Part shown: positions 1-13,162 of the stretch, in pieces | Layout: every line of letters begins with the position of its first letter | Numbering within the stretch: position 1 is the stretch's first letter | NCBI RefSeq assembly: GCF_052425735.1 | Contig: NC_135763.1 | Coordinates: 36,890,001 to 36,954,000 of the forward strand | Length of the DNA: 64,000 nucleotides | Direction of reading: 5' to 3' | Source of the DNA: Oculina patagonica | Taxonomy: Eukaryota | The notes under the pieces: generated by a model | Told to the model about the DNA's origin: nothing | The model's database searches: none | The model's input: only the letters and a program-made list of their open reading frames with translations | Position numbers and translations under genes: made by a program

Positions 1-949
1 CGCACAGCAAGAGTGAAGGGAAATGTACAAAAATGGCTTCCTTTTTACTACAATGTACATTTCCTTTCGCTCGTGCTGTGTGAATTGTCCTCCATGACAA
101 ATAGTTGACAATGTTACGGATGCAGTGAAGTACAAATAACGAACGAAATAAGTGAAAGTCAATTCCGTTTTATTATCCAGCCCCATTCAGTAGAGTATAA
201 AGAACGAGCAAAACGAGTACAAATAATGCACGGTATTTGTACTTTAGGACACGGGTTTAAAAGGATGGTTGTTCATCTGAAAGCACACGACGCCAAACAA
301 GTCGGATGAAAAATCTATAGCAAAACAATTTTGTGTGTGGTATTTTTACGCTTTCTGTAATATTTTGGCGAGTCCATAATTTGTATTTTGACTCTCCCTA
401 CTAGTTCGCCAACACACTGCAAGACTCGTAAAAAAATATTTGCAATACTGCGCACTAAAAAGTCCAACAAAATATTTTAACTATACAGTAAAATAACTGA
501 TCAGAGTTACGTGTATCTATTTGTCCTGACCGCGCGCAACACAAACTCTGGTGTCGAAAAAGAAAGCTTTGGATGATACTTATTTTGTGAAAGCTGAGTT
601 ACTCTGTAACTTTAATTTGTGCTGTGAGTGTTGTATAGCCAGTAGTTCTGTTAGTAGTAAAACGTTGTTTGTATTGCAATAAAAAATACCTCTTTTTGTA
701 ATAGCGCAGTGCATTTAAAATTTTTATTTTCGAGTATTTTCACCCGCTCTACGACCCTACGTTCACGTACGCCGGTACGCGTCCTACATGCCCAGCGTAC
801 CGAAGTTGGGCGATTTGTACAAAAACAGTTGATGAATAAACAAATAACCTTGGATATTGCCGAAACATACATTTACGGGACTGATACCTCAAATTAGTTA
901 AATTGAAGAAATTCTCAAAAAAATGGCGTGCTACATTAGACCGTACCCC

Positions 950-1395
950 TACAGTAGAGTTCAGGGCCGGGTTGTTCGAAAGCCGATTAACATTTACCCA
1001 GGATTGAAAGTTTATCCAGGGTTCAATTTCTCGTGTATAAAAGTGTTTTTGTTGCTTATGATTTGTGGAGTTTGAGATTAGTCAATGTCAAAAATGGAGG
1101 ACAGGAAATATAAACAGAAAACCTCACTAAGAAGTTAAAAAACTGAAATCAATATTCACTCTAATCCTGGATTAGCTTAATCGTGCTTTGAACAACCCGG
1201 CCCAGATATCTCAATCAAACCCCCAATCCTCAATTTCTTAAACCTCCTGATAACTCGAACCAAAATTAAAGTTTTTTAAAAGTATTTGCTTCACTCAGTT
1301 GAACACTAAAGTTTTATGTCCGATTTCTTTAACTCCCAATTTCTCGAACCAATTTTCGTTTCCATTGGAGGTTCGCGGAATCGCGTTTTCACTGT
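950..1395. mobile_element. Tc1/mariner-type MITE (TA|CAGT...ACTG|TA) interrupted by a Harbinger-type MITE
   Basis: tacagtagag at ~949 and ttcactgta at ~1395, with internal ctcgaac subrepeats; similar degraded pieces near 35085-35190 and 57470-57650. Confidence 0.5.
965..1202. mobile_element. PIF/Harbinger-like MITE
   Basis: TIRs GGCCGGGTTGTTC...GAACAACCCGGCC; CAG target-site duplication at 962-964 and 1203-1205; second copy in opposite orientation at 42577-42836. Confidence 0.75.
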
Positions 1396-1440
1396 AAAAC
1401 AGTCAAGCAGGGGAGTCTACAAATTATTTCTTCAATCTAA

Positions 1441-1562
1441 AGGTCCGGGCCGAACGTCGAACTTCACGTGAGTCGAACCTAATGCAAATAAGCAAAACCT
1501 ATCGTTTTTGGTCATTTGCATGAGGTTCGACTCATGTGATGTTCGACGTTTGGCCCAGACCT
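1441..1562. mobile_element. short palindromic MITE (Harbinger/Tourist-like)
   Basis: aggtccgggccgaacgtcgaac...gttcgacgtttggcccagacct, ~50-bp imperfect TIRs, TAA on both flanks. Confidence 0.7.
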
Positions 1563-1651
1563 TAAAGTTTATAATGGGAACATTTTATAGAACTGAAAGA
1601 ATTAATAAAGAGTATCCTATTCATGAGATTTTAAAAAAGATTTCCACTTAC

Positions 1652-1780
1652 CTTATAAAATCTAGCACGTAGTTTCCGTCCGTTTATATCTCAGAAAAAT
1701 AATTTTACTATCAGAGCAGTAGAAAGCTGTTCATACTAAACTACAATGAAACAAACTCTCGCTGAAATTATGTATTTATA
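1652..1780 (-). promoter_or_regulatory. candidate TATA box and first exon of a gene running off the left edge
   Basis: TATAAATA at 1780-1773 and consensus donor AAG|GTAAGT at 1652/1651 on the minus strand. Confidence 0.3.
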
Positions 1781-4700
1781 GATGCTACTAGGAAAACCGG
1801 AGATTCAATTAATAGTTAAAACGGAAATTTAGCTACATTGTTTTCCATATCTCGAAAAGGTTCAACTAAAAGCGATGCCTAATTGCATGTGTCGATGGGA
1901 AGTAAACAGATCCTCTCATGTGTTTTATGATTATTATTTCCAATAAAGTTTCCTCAAGCACAGGTGCAAGTGACATCCAAAAATTTAATCCCCAATTTCT
2001 ACTGATTATTTTTACGTTATAGTCATCAGTGACATTTTATTTGAACATAAAGTTTCGAGTTGGCGCTTAAAAGAAGATCTTAGGACACCGATTATCTAAG
2101 ATATTCAGTTTTTAAATTTAAAACATAAGTAACGATAGTTCATAATTTCAAATTGTTGAATATTACTGCACGAGTTGAAGGTAGATCTATAAACAAATTG
2201 TTACAAAGAGTTTTTGCTTTAATTAACTTTTATAAGTAAATATTGATTATAATTTTAATCAATGGGCCGGAATCAAACAAGTTTCTTAGCGTCAATGGCA
2301 TTTTACTGATCGCTTATACAACTTGGACGTGAATTGTTACAAACGCGAAACAAGGTTATAGATGTCTTGTTAGTAGTCTAGAAGTTTTCAGTTTACATTA
2401 AATTGCGAGAGAGAACATTTCGGCAGAGAGATGGCAGGGCAATTTAATGGAAACTAGACATAGACATAGACATAATTTATTTATACACGAAGAGCTTAGG
2501 AGCCGTAGCTCGTTAAAACGCTCTCGTGAAATGAAAAAGGTTTAAAATTACAAATAAAAGACGGTTAAAAAGGTAAAAAGTGTATATGTACAAAATTGTG
2601 ATTATGACATGAGAGATTCACACATAATAACTACTATAAATATGCTTTTTATTGCTGATTCTACGGGACGAAACATACGCCCGCCTGTTAGAAATGAGAA
2701 TTTGTCTCTGTACGCGCATGTTCTTACTTTTTCAAAATTGCTCCCAAGGTAAACCGTTAAAGCAGCCAAATTGAGATGTTAGTAAAGCAAATGCAAATAA
2801 AAATGCTTTTTTTAATTGAATTCTTGTCTTAAAAATTGACTGCGTTTTGCTTTTCAATGTAATTTGCTGTCTTGCATGTGTAACAGACTAAACCTTTTCT
2901 TTTGCCAGTATTGTGTTTTTCTTTTTCCGGCGTGAGCTATTATGTTTTAAAGCATGCCAGGAAATAAGGAAATAAGGGATCAATTTAGGTTTCTGGGAAA
3001 CTGCTCCCCCCCCCCCCCCCAAATTTTACTTTTTGCCAAAAGGGGATATTAATGTTTTTTGGGGGGGGGGGGGGGGGGGGTGGTAATTTAAATAAAAAAA
3101 ATTGAAATAAGTCTGTTCGCGAAATTTCAGTTCAAGAAACCCGTTTCCGTTTGGCATGGGTGGGGGAGGGGGGCAGGGCAAGCTAACAATTATTATGTTT
3201 TGACATTGACAAAACTTAAACACATCGGTAAAAAATGATAAAAATATCTATACTACTCACTGGTTTACGTGTTTGCCGTGTGGGTGCCCGTTGAGGAATA
3301 AATGTTTTTTATAAATGAAGTTTCAACTCTCGTCTTATGAAGTGAATACATTTTTAATTTGCAAGGACGTTCCAAAATCTCTCTTCTGGTGTCAGAACTA
3401 TCCTCATCTGAATATGTATACAGTGTTCAGTTCCAGAGAGACGAAAATTCGCCGTTGCGATTCACGTTCTTACAATAACGTAAAATTTGGGCATTTCACG
3501 AGAACGGCAAAAAATGTACTAAGGTTTAAAACGCACGTGCAGAGCTATTGTACTTGTCATCAAATCTTTTGTTTAGCGAGGTTTTCGCTCGGAGCCGATG
3601 TGGTTTGCTCAAACTCCCCATTATCAAGTTCTCCCACTGATACTAATATATAGATTTAGGCAAACCTAAAAGCGGAGCTCCCCATCTATTTAATTTTCAC
3701 TGGAACTTACAATGTAAATTATCTACTTTCTAGCAATAGCAAAAATAGTTTCGCGCTCCTGTTATAGTTTCGCTTACGAAAGAGGGCTTTATGCTTCTGT
3801 CCCTCCCAAAAATGCTTATGTCCTTCCAGAAATGCTTGAAAACTTGTAGGAACAAAATTTTTCCTCCAAAAATGCTATTAAAAATGAAGAAAGAAAGAAA
3901 GGTTTTCCATACCGTTTCTTCAAACTATAGACGCCACGTTGGGGCGACGTAGCTAGGGCGCACGCGCCCGCGAACCATGCCTCTTGCTGTGATGACGATG
4001 GAAAACCAAAAGCATGCATGGTTCTGTAAATTTTCTACTGGTATGGATGCTCCGCTCGCGCGCGCCGGACAGGAGCTCCGATCCGCTATAATGTCGGTTG
4101 ATAAACTTTGATTCATTAAGCTGTCAACTCTTTCCATGCTTCAGTAAATATTTACATCTTTTTATTCATTTTTGGATACATATCCGAGTAAGTACGTTTT
4201 ACAGTTCAAGCCGCATAAAATTTTCGGACCTCAAAGCAAGGAAAATAACACCACAGACGAGTAAATATTAAAATAATACATTGTGACATTTCACGAGGTA
4301 TTTATGATGTTCTTTAATTTTATATTTTCGACTATATTTCGTTCACTACGTAGCTGCCAAAACGGCGTAAAATTATATATGATTTCACTAATATTGTGTT
4401 CTACCTCACAGCGCCATTTTTCGTTAACTAACGGAACATTTTCGTAACAAAACATCTGGATTAATTATAAATCTGCATTTTGCTGGCATATTTTCTTGTA
4501 ATTTACCATAAAATATCTGACTTTATTTGGCTCAGTTAGCACGATTCTTTAGAATATGTATCAAGTGAATTAATGCATGCAAGTCACAATTGCCTGTTCC
4601 AGGCTTCCGGTAGTTGGGGGAGAGCGAAAAACGCGGGCGAGCGAGAAAAAAAACGAGAGGGACGAAGGCTCGCCTTCGTCCCTCTCGATACATCGCAATA

Positions 4701-5105
4701 CGATACATCACAAGAAAACAGTACATACTGTATTTTGGCCGCGTTATGGCGCCTTCATTTAAAACTTGACCGTGCAGACAGTCGGTTTTAATTGGAATAT
4801 GACGTCTACTCGAAACACAGCGTTTATTCTTATAGAGAAAATAATATTTTACATCTTCCCATACAACGCACTGCATGTTACAACAGAAAACTACAGTCCC
4901 ACACTCGTTGGAAAGAACTTCCCAGCCTTCCAATTCGTTATATTGTATGTATTCTAAGATCACTATGACGTGTGATAAAACTACTAATAATAACCACCAA
5001 TATTATATAACACCTTTAACAAAGAATAAGTTAACTATAGTGTGCCATGTGTCTATATTCACACAGGTTTAAAGCGGGGACAGGAGTTCCCCGAGAATTT
5101 CTTTC

Positions 5106-5704
5106 TTAGCAATATTCCTTTAGTTCTTCTGTTCTACACCCTTCGCCGCAGCATTCTTCAATAACATCAGTGGAGTCTGTGTCCCTCTTTCGTCTTCTGA
5201 AGGAAAGAAAATCCTGGGCTTCGTGCTTCGTTTGAACAAACACATCAGCGCTCATATCTATCGGAAAAAGAATCCAAAATTACAATGGTACATAAATCTT
5301 TAAAATCGAAAGTTTTTACGTCAGTTTGCCGACAAAAAGATGTTACTTAGCAACGGCTTGCGACATCTCTGGCCACAACTGAGCCCTTCATAAATTGTCG
5401 AGGATTTTCCGGAAAAGTACCTCTCTGAATTCCTATTTATTAAAAAGGTGGTTAAAAAATGTAATAATCTGCTGTCATATTTACCTCGTCTACGTCGGCG
5501 TCTGGCCCACATTGAGCTGCAAATGTTCTTGTAAACGTCTATGATGTGGTCGCCGCAAAGATGAGGAAGGTCCACGGGGATTGGAGAGTTTTCGTTGATC
5601 TTACATTTGCCTCCTTTGTGGCATTTCCGACCCAGAATTCCAGGCAGGTCTACCACTACCAGTAGCAGGAGAAGAAACACGGCGAATCCAAGTTTCATAT
5701 TCAT
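5106..5704 (-). CDS. insulin-like peptide precursor, 123 aa; coding exons 5704-5485 and 5257-5106
   Basis: Signal peptide MNMKLGFAVFLLLLLVVVDLPGILG; B chain HLCGDHIIDVYKNIC (C-x11-C); RRRRRR; C-peptide DMSADVFVQTKHEAQDFLSF; RRRKR; A chain DTDSTDVIEECCGEGCRTEELKEYC (CC-x3-C-x8-C); phase-1 GT-AG intron 5484-5258 keeps frame; splice acceptor at 5706 just before the ATG. Confidence 0.93.
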
Positions 5705-7036
5705 TCTAGAGGAAATCAAAACCAAAAATAAAGTTTTCATTTTTCATAGTTATCTGTCATTTCTAATATATGCCTGCGAATCTACGATTTCTTTGCGGAA
5801 GGGTGGATTAAGGCATGTAAAACTTTATTTTTTAGTTTTTGCCACAACAATGAACTTCGTTGACGTTTATAAACAGATCTACATCACAGATGAGGCACGC
5901 TAACAAATTTAGCCTGTTTGTTCACGTTTTCGCCTTTGAACATCCTTACCAGTCTTTATACTCGTGAAGGAATTTAGGAGGAGGCAAGCGGGGCGGGGGG
6001 GTTTAGGGCGCTTGTGTTGTATTTGGGGGCCGCCGGTCAAGACCTCCCTTTTTTTTTGGTTTTTTTTTCCCCCCCCCCCGTTTAATCCTCCCCTTTTTTT
6101 TTTTCCACTCTTTCCCCCCCTCCTTTGGGTTTTTTTATTTTTTTTTTTTTTTTAAAAAATTTTTTTTTTCTTTTTTTTCCTGGCACCCCCTAAACACCTT
6201 TTCTCTTTAAGAAAAAAAGAAAACAGCAACACCAATAAAAAAATATTTTTTTTTTTTTTTTTTTAAGGAAATTTGTTCGTCACAAAATCAATAGACTTAC
6301 TACTTTTTAACAATAGCTGCTTTAAGTACCATTCTGAGTAATAGCAATTACTTTTTAGCCTTTATTCCTCCTTGAATAACTTGATTTTAAAGAGTACCAG
6401 TTTCTACGTTGGAATGACTGAATAAACTAAACGAAACAACAGCTGTCAGCGCTGCGCATGCTCACACGACTTCAAATCATTACATATTTTTTAACACTTC
6501 AGAAGTCCGCAAACCGCAAAACGCGTGGGAGAGTTTTGCAATAAACTAAAAAGAACGCTCCCATCTTTGACAAGAATAAAATCCCATAAAATTGAAGAAA
6601 ATACAGAAGAAACAATAGATTCAAAGAGATAAAGTTTTGATCAGTCTAACATTTAATTTACCTCCCGGCCTATAAAGCTTGTAGGGGTGAAAGTTTCTGA
6701 AGTAGGTCATCTAATTTGCTATCATTTTGAACCAGACGATGTCGCTGATTTCATCTGAAATAATTTTCTTGCGTTCCCACCCTTTCTCTCTTTGGTATAT
6801 CAAAAAAAGATACTTATTATTTTTATCAACACGATGACTTCGAATGTTTATATTAAAATTGGGTTTTTTGAGTCTCTTTACAATGGAAAAATTGAGAAAG
6901 GACAAGATTTGAAAAGAAAAGCGGAGTAAACTCTGGACAAAAGCTTCATTTTGATAGAAAATAAAAAAGCTATCTGAAACTTATAAGGCAGTAGATATAA
7001 AATTCTTAATAGCAGATAAATATTAAGAATTCTTAC

Positions 7037-7166
7037 CTTTTTTACAGAGCTCCGATCAGAACTTAAAAAATCTGGAACAAATGAGACACAAAGCTTAGTC
7101 CGTATGGATGCCGAATCTGCATAGAAATTCGCTTTTCTAACCATACGTAATACAAAAGGTTATATA
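7037..7166 (-). promoter_or_regulatory. candidate TATA box and 5' UTR exon of the insulin-like peptide gene
   Basis: TATATAA at 7166-7160, donor AAG|GTAAGA at 7037/7036; would splice to the acceptor at 5706. Confidence 0.35.
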
Positions 7167-9648
7167 GGTTATCAAAACATCGTTCTAATGACTAAACAAT
7201 GTAACCAGATGCATTGTCTTAAAAGAATCAACACTTCACAAACACTGAAAGCTGAAAGCAAAATTGTCAGAAACTTTTCACTTCTCTAATATAATTTTAA
7301 TTTCAATATGTTGTGTAATTTGCCAGATTTACAACTGGTGACCACTGACGTTTGCCCCGAAAACAAAGAACGTTCTAAAAATTGTTCTTAGTTGTGGTTA
7401 TTTTGTAATTTATATGCGGTTAAAACCTTGTTTGAGTGCATGTATTTATGTGGTTGAATATGTTCCAGTGATGTAATAAAAAAATTTTGTGTCGACCAAA
7501 TAAAACTGCGGCTTTTATTTTCAAGAATAACTAACATGTATAACATATAAAATTACTCTTTAAAAAGTCCAAATCATTCTCTTCCTCAATTGTCCGAAAC
7601 AGAAGACCGCTTTTCGAAGAACCGGCATTTTTACATATTTCGCAGGCATTCTTTGAGTATATTTCTTCTACTTTTTCGATTTGAAAACAACTTATCTTGC
7701 TAAGTCAAATTAATGAAATCAACAGTTGCGTAAGTAATATGCAAAAACCTCTTAAATAATCAACTTTAGAGATTATGAAAATTTTGACTATTTTCTTCGG
7801 TTATTTCGCTTTGTGATCAGCTGCACTTCCAGTCGTATACGTCTCTTTCCTTAGTCCATCCCCATTCCGTTTATCCCATGTTCCTATCCTTTTTAATGGA
7901 CTGTAAGGACCTAATTCTTTTATTTGAAAATAGAGTTATTTGTCCTGAGTACTAATGTCAAATTCTTATAAAAATCAGATTCAGAATTTTCACAATGTCT
8001 CACATTCTTGAAGGTTTTGAACAAATGGAACAAAACCAATCATATATTTTACAAAAAAAAAATTCTTTCAATGTCTTTTCCGTCTTGGTTTTTGATTATA
8101 CACATGTTTTTTACAGAACAACATTTATTCAGTGAACGTCAATAATATTTTTTCTTTCCTTTTTATCTCTTTTTCAAAGCCATTAGTCGCATTGTATTTG
8201 TATTCCTAAACCCACCCATTTCATAAAGTTGTTACTAACAATAGTTTATGAATCCAAATACAAATATTTGTCGCCCAGTTAGCACTAAAAATCCGAACAG
8301 CTGACAGAAGCCGTAACTTTGAAAAAGATTTTCCAAACAAAGAAAATGTGAAAACCTACTTTTTTACAGGCGTTTTGTCACTTCGGAATGCCTCATTCCT
8401 CTTTTGTCCAGTTTAACACATATCTCCAAAATCTCAAAATGTTTTTGCTATGAAGTTGGAATCTGCGCTAAAAAAATTACCACAAACCAAGCTTTTAATA
8501 GTCTCATCCCAGCTCCCTTCTGGCGCCAATTTTACTTCAGTGAAGTGCTCTTACGGGATTATTTTACGATAGCCGTTTCTAAGGCAAATGAAATCAATTT
8601 ATTTTAAAAACGTAGCAACAGAAGTAAATTAAAGCATTCTTGGACAGTTTTCTTGGAACTTGACATGTGATTCTAGTTCACACTGATTCATAATTCATAA
8701 TTAAAGACTTATTGTAGATATGGAAAAACATCTGAATGCAATGTAACTCTTAAAATACAAAAGGTTGGGGAAAACATTTTGAAACAATTTGGTGACAGAA
8801 AAATCCTGAAAGAACTAAAAGAACAAGTGAGCGCTTCGTGTATGGCAAATTTTTAACTTTCCTGAAAATGCCTAGAAATATTTTATGACATTGCCAGCCC
8901 AGATCATTCATGTTTATGTTTTATGGGGATTTGCAACTATAGATCTCGAGTAGCTACGAGAGCACGAAGTGTGCATGGTTTTGATATTTCATGAATGATT
9001 GAGGAAGTATTAAGCCTTGAGAGTAAATCATTTCACAATTACATGGTTACTACATGTGTCTCTCGTTTGCTCGTTTCAAAAATGACATAATTATATAGCG
9101 TGCTGTGAAATTGACTGTTTTTGTGTGTCATATAGCTCGATGCATCGATAAGTAAAAGAAATGGAGTTGTCATGATTTTGTGGTCAAACACAGACTAAAC
9201 AAGTTTACGAACAGGTGTACAGTAGTCATTTCCTACAAGCGCGCTCAAGGGAGTCTGGGCTTTATCTATGGTGAGAGATAACGTCACCGAACTGAGCATA
9301 ATCAGTAACGCGCGTAAAAAATTTTTTGAATCTTTCACCGCTGAGTTCGTCGTTCTCAATTCTTCCCATTCTTAACCATCTTTCAGGTTCCTGTTTGGCT
9401 TATTATGACCATTCTAGTATTTTTCTACCTTAAAAAAATTATTTTGCGTTCCATTTTTTTTCCCCCAACCGAACGTAAATTCCCGTAAACAATCAGGCAG
9501 AAATGGAATATGGTAGGATTCGCAAGCGGTTCCTATTTGGCTTGTAATTACCAGTCTAGTGTTTTTCTACCTTAAAGTATGAATATTTTGAGGTTTCTAT
9601 CGGTTTGAAAGTGATTTTGCAAAAAATGACTAATTGAGCAGTTGTCGC

Positions 9649-9939
9649 ATACGCCTAATTGCAATAACGTTGTCATAGAAAAAGAAAAAAGAAAAAAAAG
9701 TAAATGCGAATTAATTAGTGTAGTTTCATAACTGATAGCGTTTACAGAAAACTTACGAGTTTTTATATGCATACTTTGAGTCAAATTTTTTATGCTGTAA
9801 CAAGATAAATTGAATTATTCGTATTTTGAAGCATTTTGAGGCCATTTTTACGAATACATTTCATGCATGCGCTTAATTAATTCCTATTTGACTTTTTCCT
9901 TCTTTTTTTCTATGACAACCTTATTGCAATTAGGTGTAT
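9649..9939. repeat. imperfect inverted repeat (~65-70 bp arms), MITE-like
   Basis: atacgcctaattgcaataacgttgtcatagaaaaag... mirrored by ...tttttctatgacaaccttattgcaattaggtgtat. Confidence 0.55.
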
Positions 9940-12557
9940 CTTCTTAAAACTGAAAATTATGATCCGTCCGTAGCAAGCTAAATCCGTAACAAAGAAACAC
10001 GAAACCTTCATTTTCCGATAAGGCAGTAACATATTGTATATCTCAACCTGCTTTTTAAAAGCTGTTCCCGAATTCTGAACTCAATGAAGCTAGATAATAA
10101 ACTAACCCATGCATAATTTTACCATATCAACCCAAATTAACGTGCCTAAAACATGTTCAACAGAAACGAGTCAGAACTTTGCCGACTATAAAAAAAATAT
10201 AAAGTCGAGTTGTTGAACTTCAGTTGGTAAGTCAAAGGCGATTTCGGGAATAGCGCTTGCCTAAGTTATGGAGTTCTAAATCTCCGCCGCCGGCCCAGCC
10301 AACTGTCAAATTAAAATCTTAAATGTGACTTGTCCATTGCAAAGCCATATGGGTGTATATGTAAAACCTTCAATTGTATTCTTGAAGAAAACTTAATTTA
10401 TCTGTATGTTTATCTATGTGGATTATTTCTTATTTACATGAAACAAAATCAGCAAAAAATATCTATTCTAGACTTTTCATTTACCTGGAAAATAGATAGT
10501 TGTCTTGTTTGTTGACTCTTCAGGACAAATATCCAAAAGTTGGTTAAGATTTAACTTGTCCGAACGATGAATTTTTAATGAATGTCTCCGTGTGCTAAGG
10601 TGTACAGCTGTTTCAAATCGCGACAACGATCAGCAAAAATGTAAAAGGCGCTGAGTGAAATTGGTCTCCGTTTGTTGGCCTACTTGTTAGGTGTTAACGT
10701 TTGCCAATCGCATCGTAACATCATCCAATATAACACCACCGATTTAATAAGTTAAACAATTGACCAGAATTATGAGCGGCTTTTACATTGTCAAAAGCAA
10801 GTTAATTAAACTTGCTTGAAACGCCAATAGCTTCATTACAGTGTAGTCTTTGCCCAATTTTAATAAAAAGAGGATTTTAAGAAAATCTATTTTTTAAGTT
10901 GAATCCAAACATTTTTGCACAGCAAAAATAACCCTTTAATGTAAAATATTTTTTAAATTTAAAGCTACTTTATAAAACGTCGTATTCCCTGTGAAAATTA
11001 CTATTCGTTGTCATGTTGGTGGTGATCTTATTTGAATAAAGCATAGAGACTTGTTGTACGACCCACGATAGAAAGCTCAGTTTTGTGAGGATGCTGCTTG
11101 CGAAGCGAAAATGAACTGAGAATTGTCATTCCGCGCCAATGACACCGCTAGCCACGTAGGCGATGAGAATCGGCGCCCCGTCTTCAATTATTTTAGCCTT
11201 AAAGACAATACGAGGCTCAAAATCATCAGAGGATGCAGACTACGCACTTGCCAATTAAAATTTATCAAGTTCTACAGACTATGCATTTGTTTATTCTTTT
11301 TTATTTTAGTGTGTTGGTTAATTATAAGTTCTTCAATATATCCAGCGTTCTCAAACTGAAGAAAAATTCAATGATTATTATGTTGATTCTGCAGCGTATG
11401 AAAAAGTTCTATTTTACAAAACCTGGCAAAATTGCGCACCAAATCTCTCACTAAAACAATTCCCACAGAGAGTGAGGATAATTGTCCTTGACAAACTAAA
11501 TCTGTAAGTTTTTTTGCGATTTCTTTCTCATATAGGGGTCTATGTCCCCAAAGAGTGCCGCAAGCGCCAGCAGTGGGGCCGGGAGGGGGGGGGGGGGCGA
11601 GGCCGCAGACCTTGATACCCCTTCGTATATGAGGCACGTATTGTCCTAGACTACATTTCGAATTATCGGACTAACCCAATTTATGTAAACTAATCTGGGA
11701 CGTAATCCCATTCATTCAGTCATTATACGTGTGGCTTACATGAAGGTCAAGAGTGGAACTTACTTCATAAAGCATGGAAGTGAAAAACACCACAATGACC
11801 TTGATTATATAAAAGTTCATTGCACTGAAATGAAATTTAACATTTTTATTGAATTTTTAAAAAAAGTCTAGCTAGGCAGGGAATGAAGAGCCTCTCCAGA
11901 TAATCTTTGGGGAAAGACGTCCTGACCAAATGCTTAACTCTCCCAAGAATTGTTATAGAAAATGAGATAAACAATAGGGAGAATTTTAACGCTAAACAAG
12001 GAAGGGAGAAAGCCCATTCACTTGTTGTCTCGCCATTGATTGCGTGCGTCTCTCGAGATCGTTTCTGAAACGGAAATGATTTATCTCATTTTCAATTTTT
12101 ATTGCAAATCCCTTTAGTCTTTGTGCAGGTTTAAAGATAATTGTTTGTGCTTTCTTTGAATAAAAGCACTTGGCCTAGCTCTTATTAAAACTACAGGGCG
12201 GAAAATGGAAACTTGTATACTTTTTTTTTTCTTAACCCCCATCTTTTTTTTTGGCCTTTTTTTTTTTTTTTAAACTCGATATTTTTTAAAAAGGAAATTT
12301 TTTATTTCTTTTTTTATTTTTATTGAACCCTTTAGTCTTTACGATGCAGGTATTAAAGATCAATTGTTTGTGCTTTCTTTGAATAAAAGCACTTCGCCTA
12401 GCTCTTATTAAAACTACAGAGCGGAACATGGAAACTTGTAGACTTTATTTACTCCTAACCTGCAGCAATTTAATTGGCCAGTTTTCTTTGCATGGTCATG
12501 TAAACTCTGGGTTGCAATTGTTTGCAGTTGTCACCTTCCCCCTTGTTTATTTAATTA

Positions 12558-13162
12558 TTTTTCTTTCAAATCGTTCTTCTTTTATCGAGTGCTATCCAGT
12601 AAGTTCACATGTCCGTGATAAATGTGTATATTAAGCTGCTTATGCACTCAATGAGACCTGAGTGCCATTTGTCCGATGCTTGGTGCAAATCCATGCAAAG
12701 GTCAAGAGTTTTGGACTGATCGGGATCTTTGTGTTGTCTGTTTCGATGTGCTTTTGGGCAAGACGCGTTATCTCATAGTGCCTCTAACCTGCGATCAGGC
12801 GTTATTTTTCTCGCGGCGGTGTAGTCAACGGAAAAATGAGCGCCTGATACAATAACCTGCGATCAGGCTTTCTTTTTTCGCGGCGAAGGGAAGGGGAAAC
12901 AGCCGCGAGAAAAATAACGCCTAATCGCAGGTTAGAGGCACTATGAGATAACGCGTCTTGCCCAAAAGCACATCACGGAAACACAACACAAAGATCCCGA
13001 TCAGTCTAAAACTCTTGACCTTTGCATGGATTTGCACCAAGCATCGGACAAACGGCACTCAGGTCTCATTGAGTGCATAAGCAGCTTAATTTACGCATTG
13101 ATCACGGACATGTGAACTTACTGGATAGCACTCGATAAAAGAAGAACGATTTGAAAGAAAAA
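12558..13162. repeat. long inverted duplication (~260-bp arms) around a tandem MITE-like core
   Basis: 12558-12817 is the near-exact reverse complement of 12902-13162; the core has two AACCTGCGATCAGGC units. Confidence 0.9.

Noticed and set aside
5960-6265. Homopolymer-rich G/C/T/A patches with ORFs (also ~3005-3085, 13295-13360, 52120-52310, 54080-54235, 55485-55750)
   Set aside because: They look like low-quality gap-fill; the resulting poly-F/P/G/K ORFs are not credible proteins or G-quadruplex loci
11395-11503. Plus-strand exon-like segment (CAG|...|GTAAGT) with an open frame YEKVLFYKTW...
   Set aside because: Isolated, with no recognisable homology and no compatible neighbouring exons; the same applies to the acceptors at ~17129 and ~18051
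12108-12445. Direct duplication of ~110 bp around a poly-T stretch
   Set aside because: Pattern typical of overlapping contig ends joined by noisy sequence
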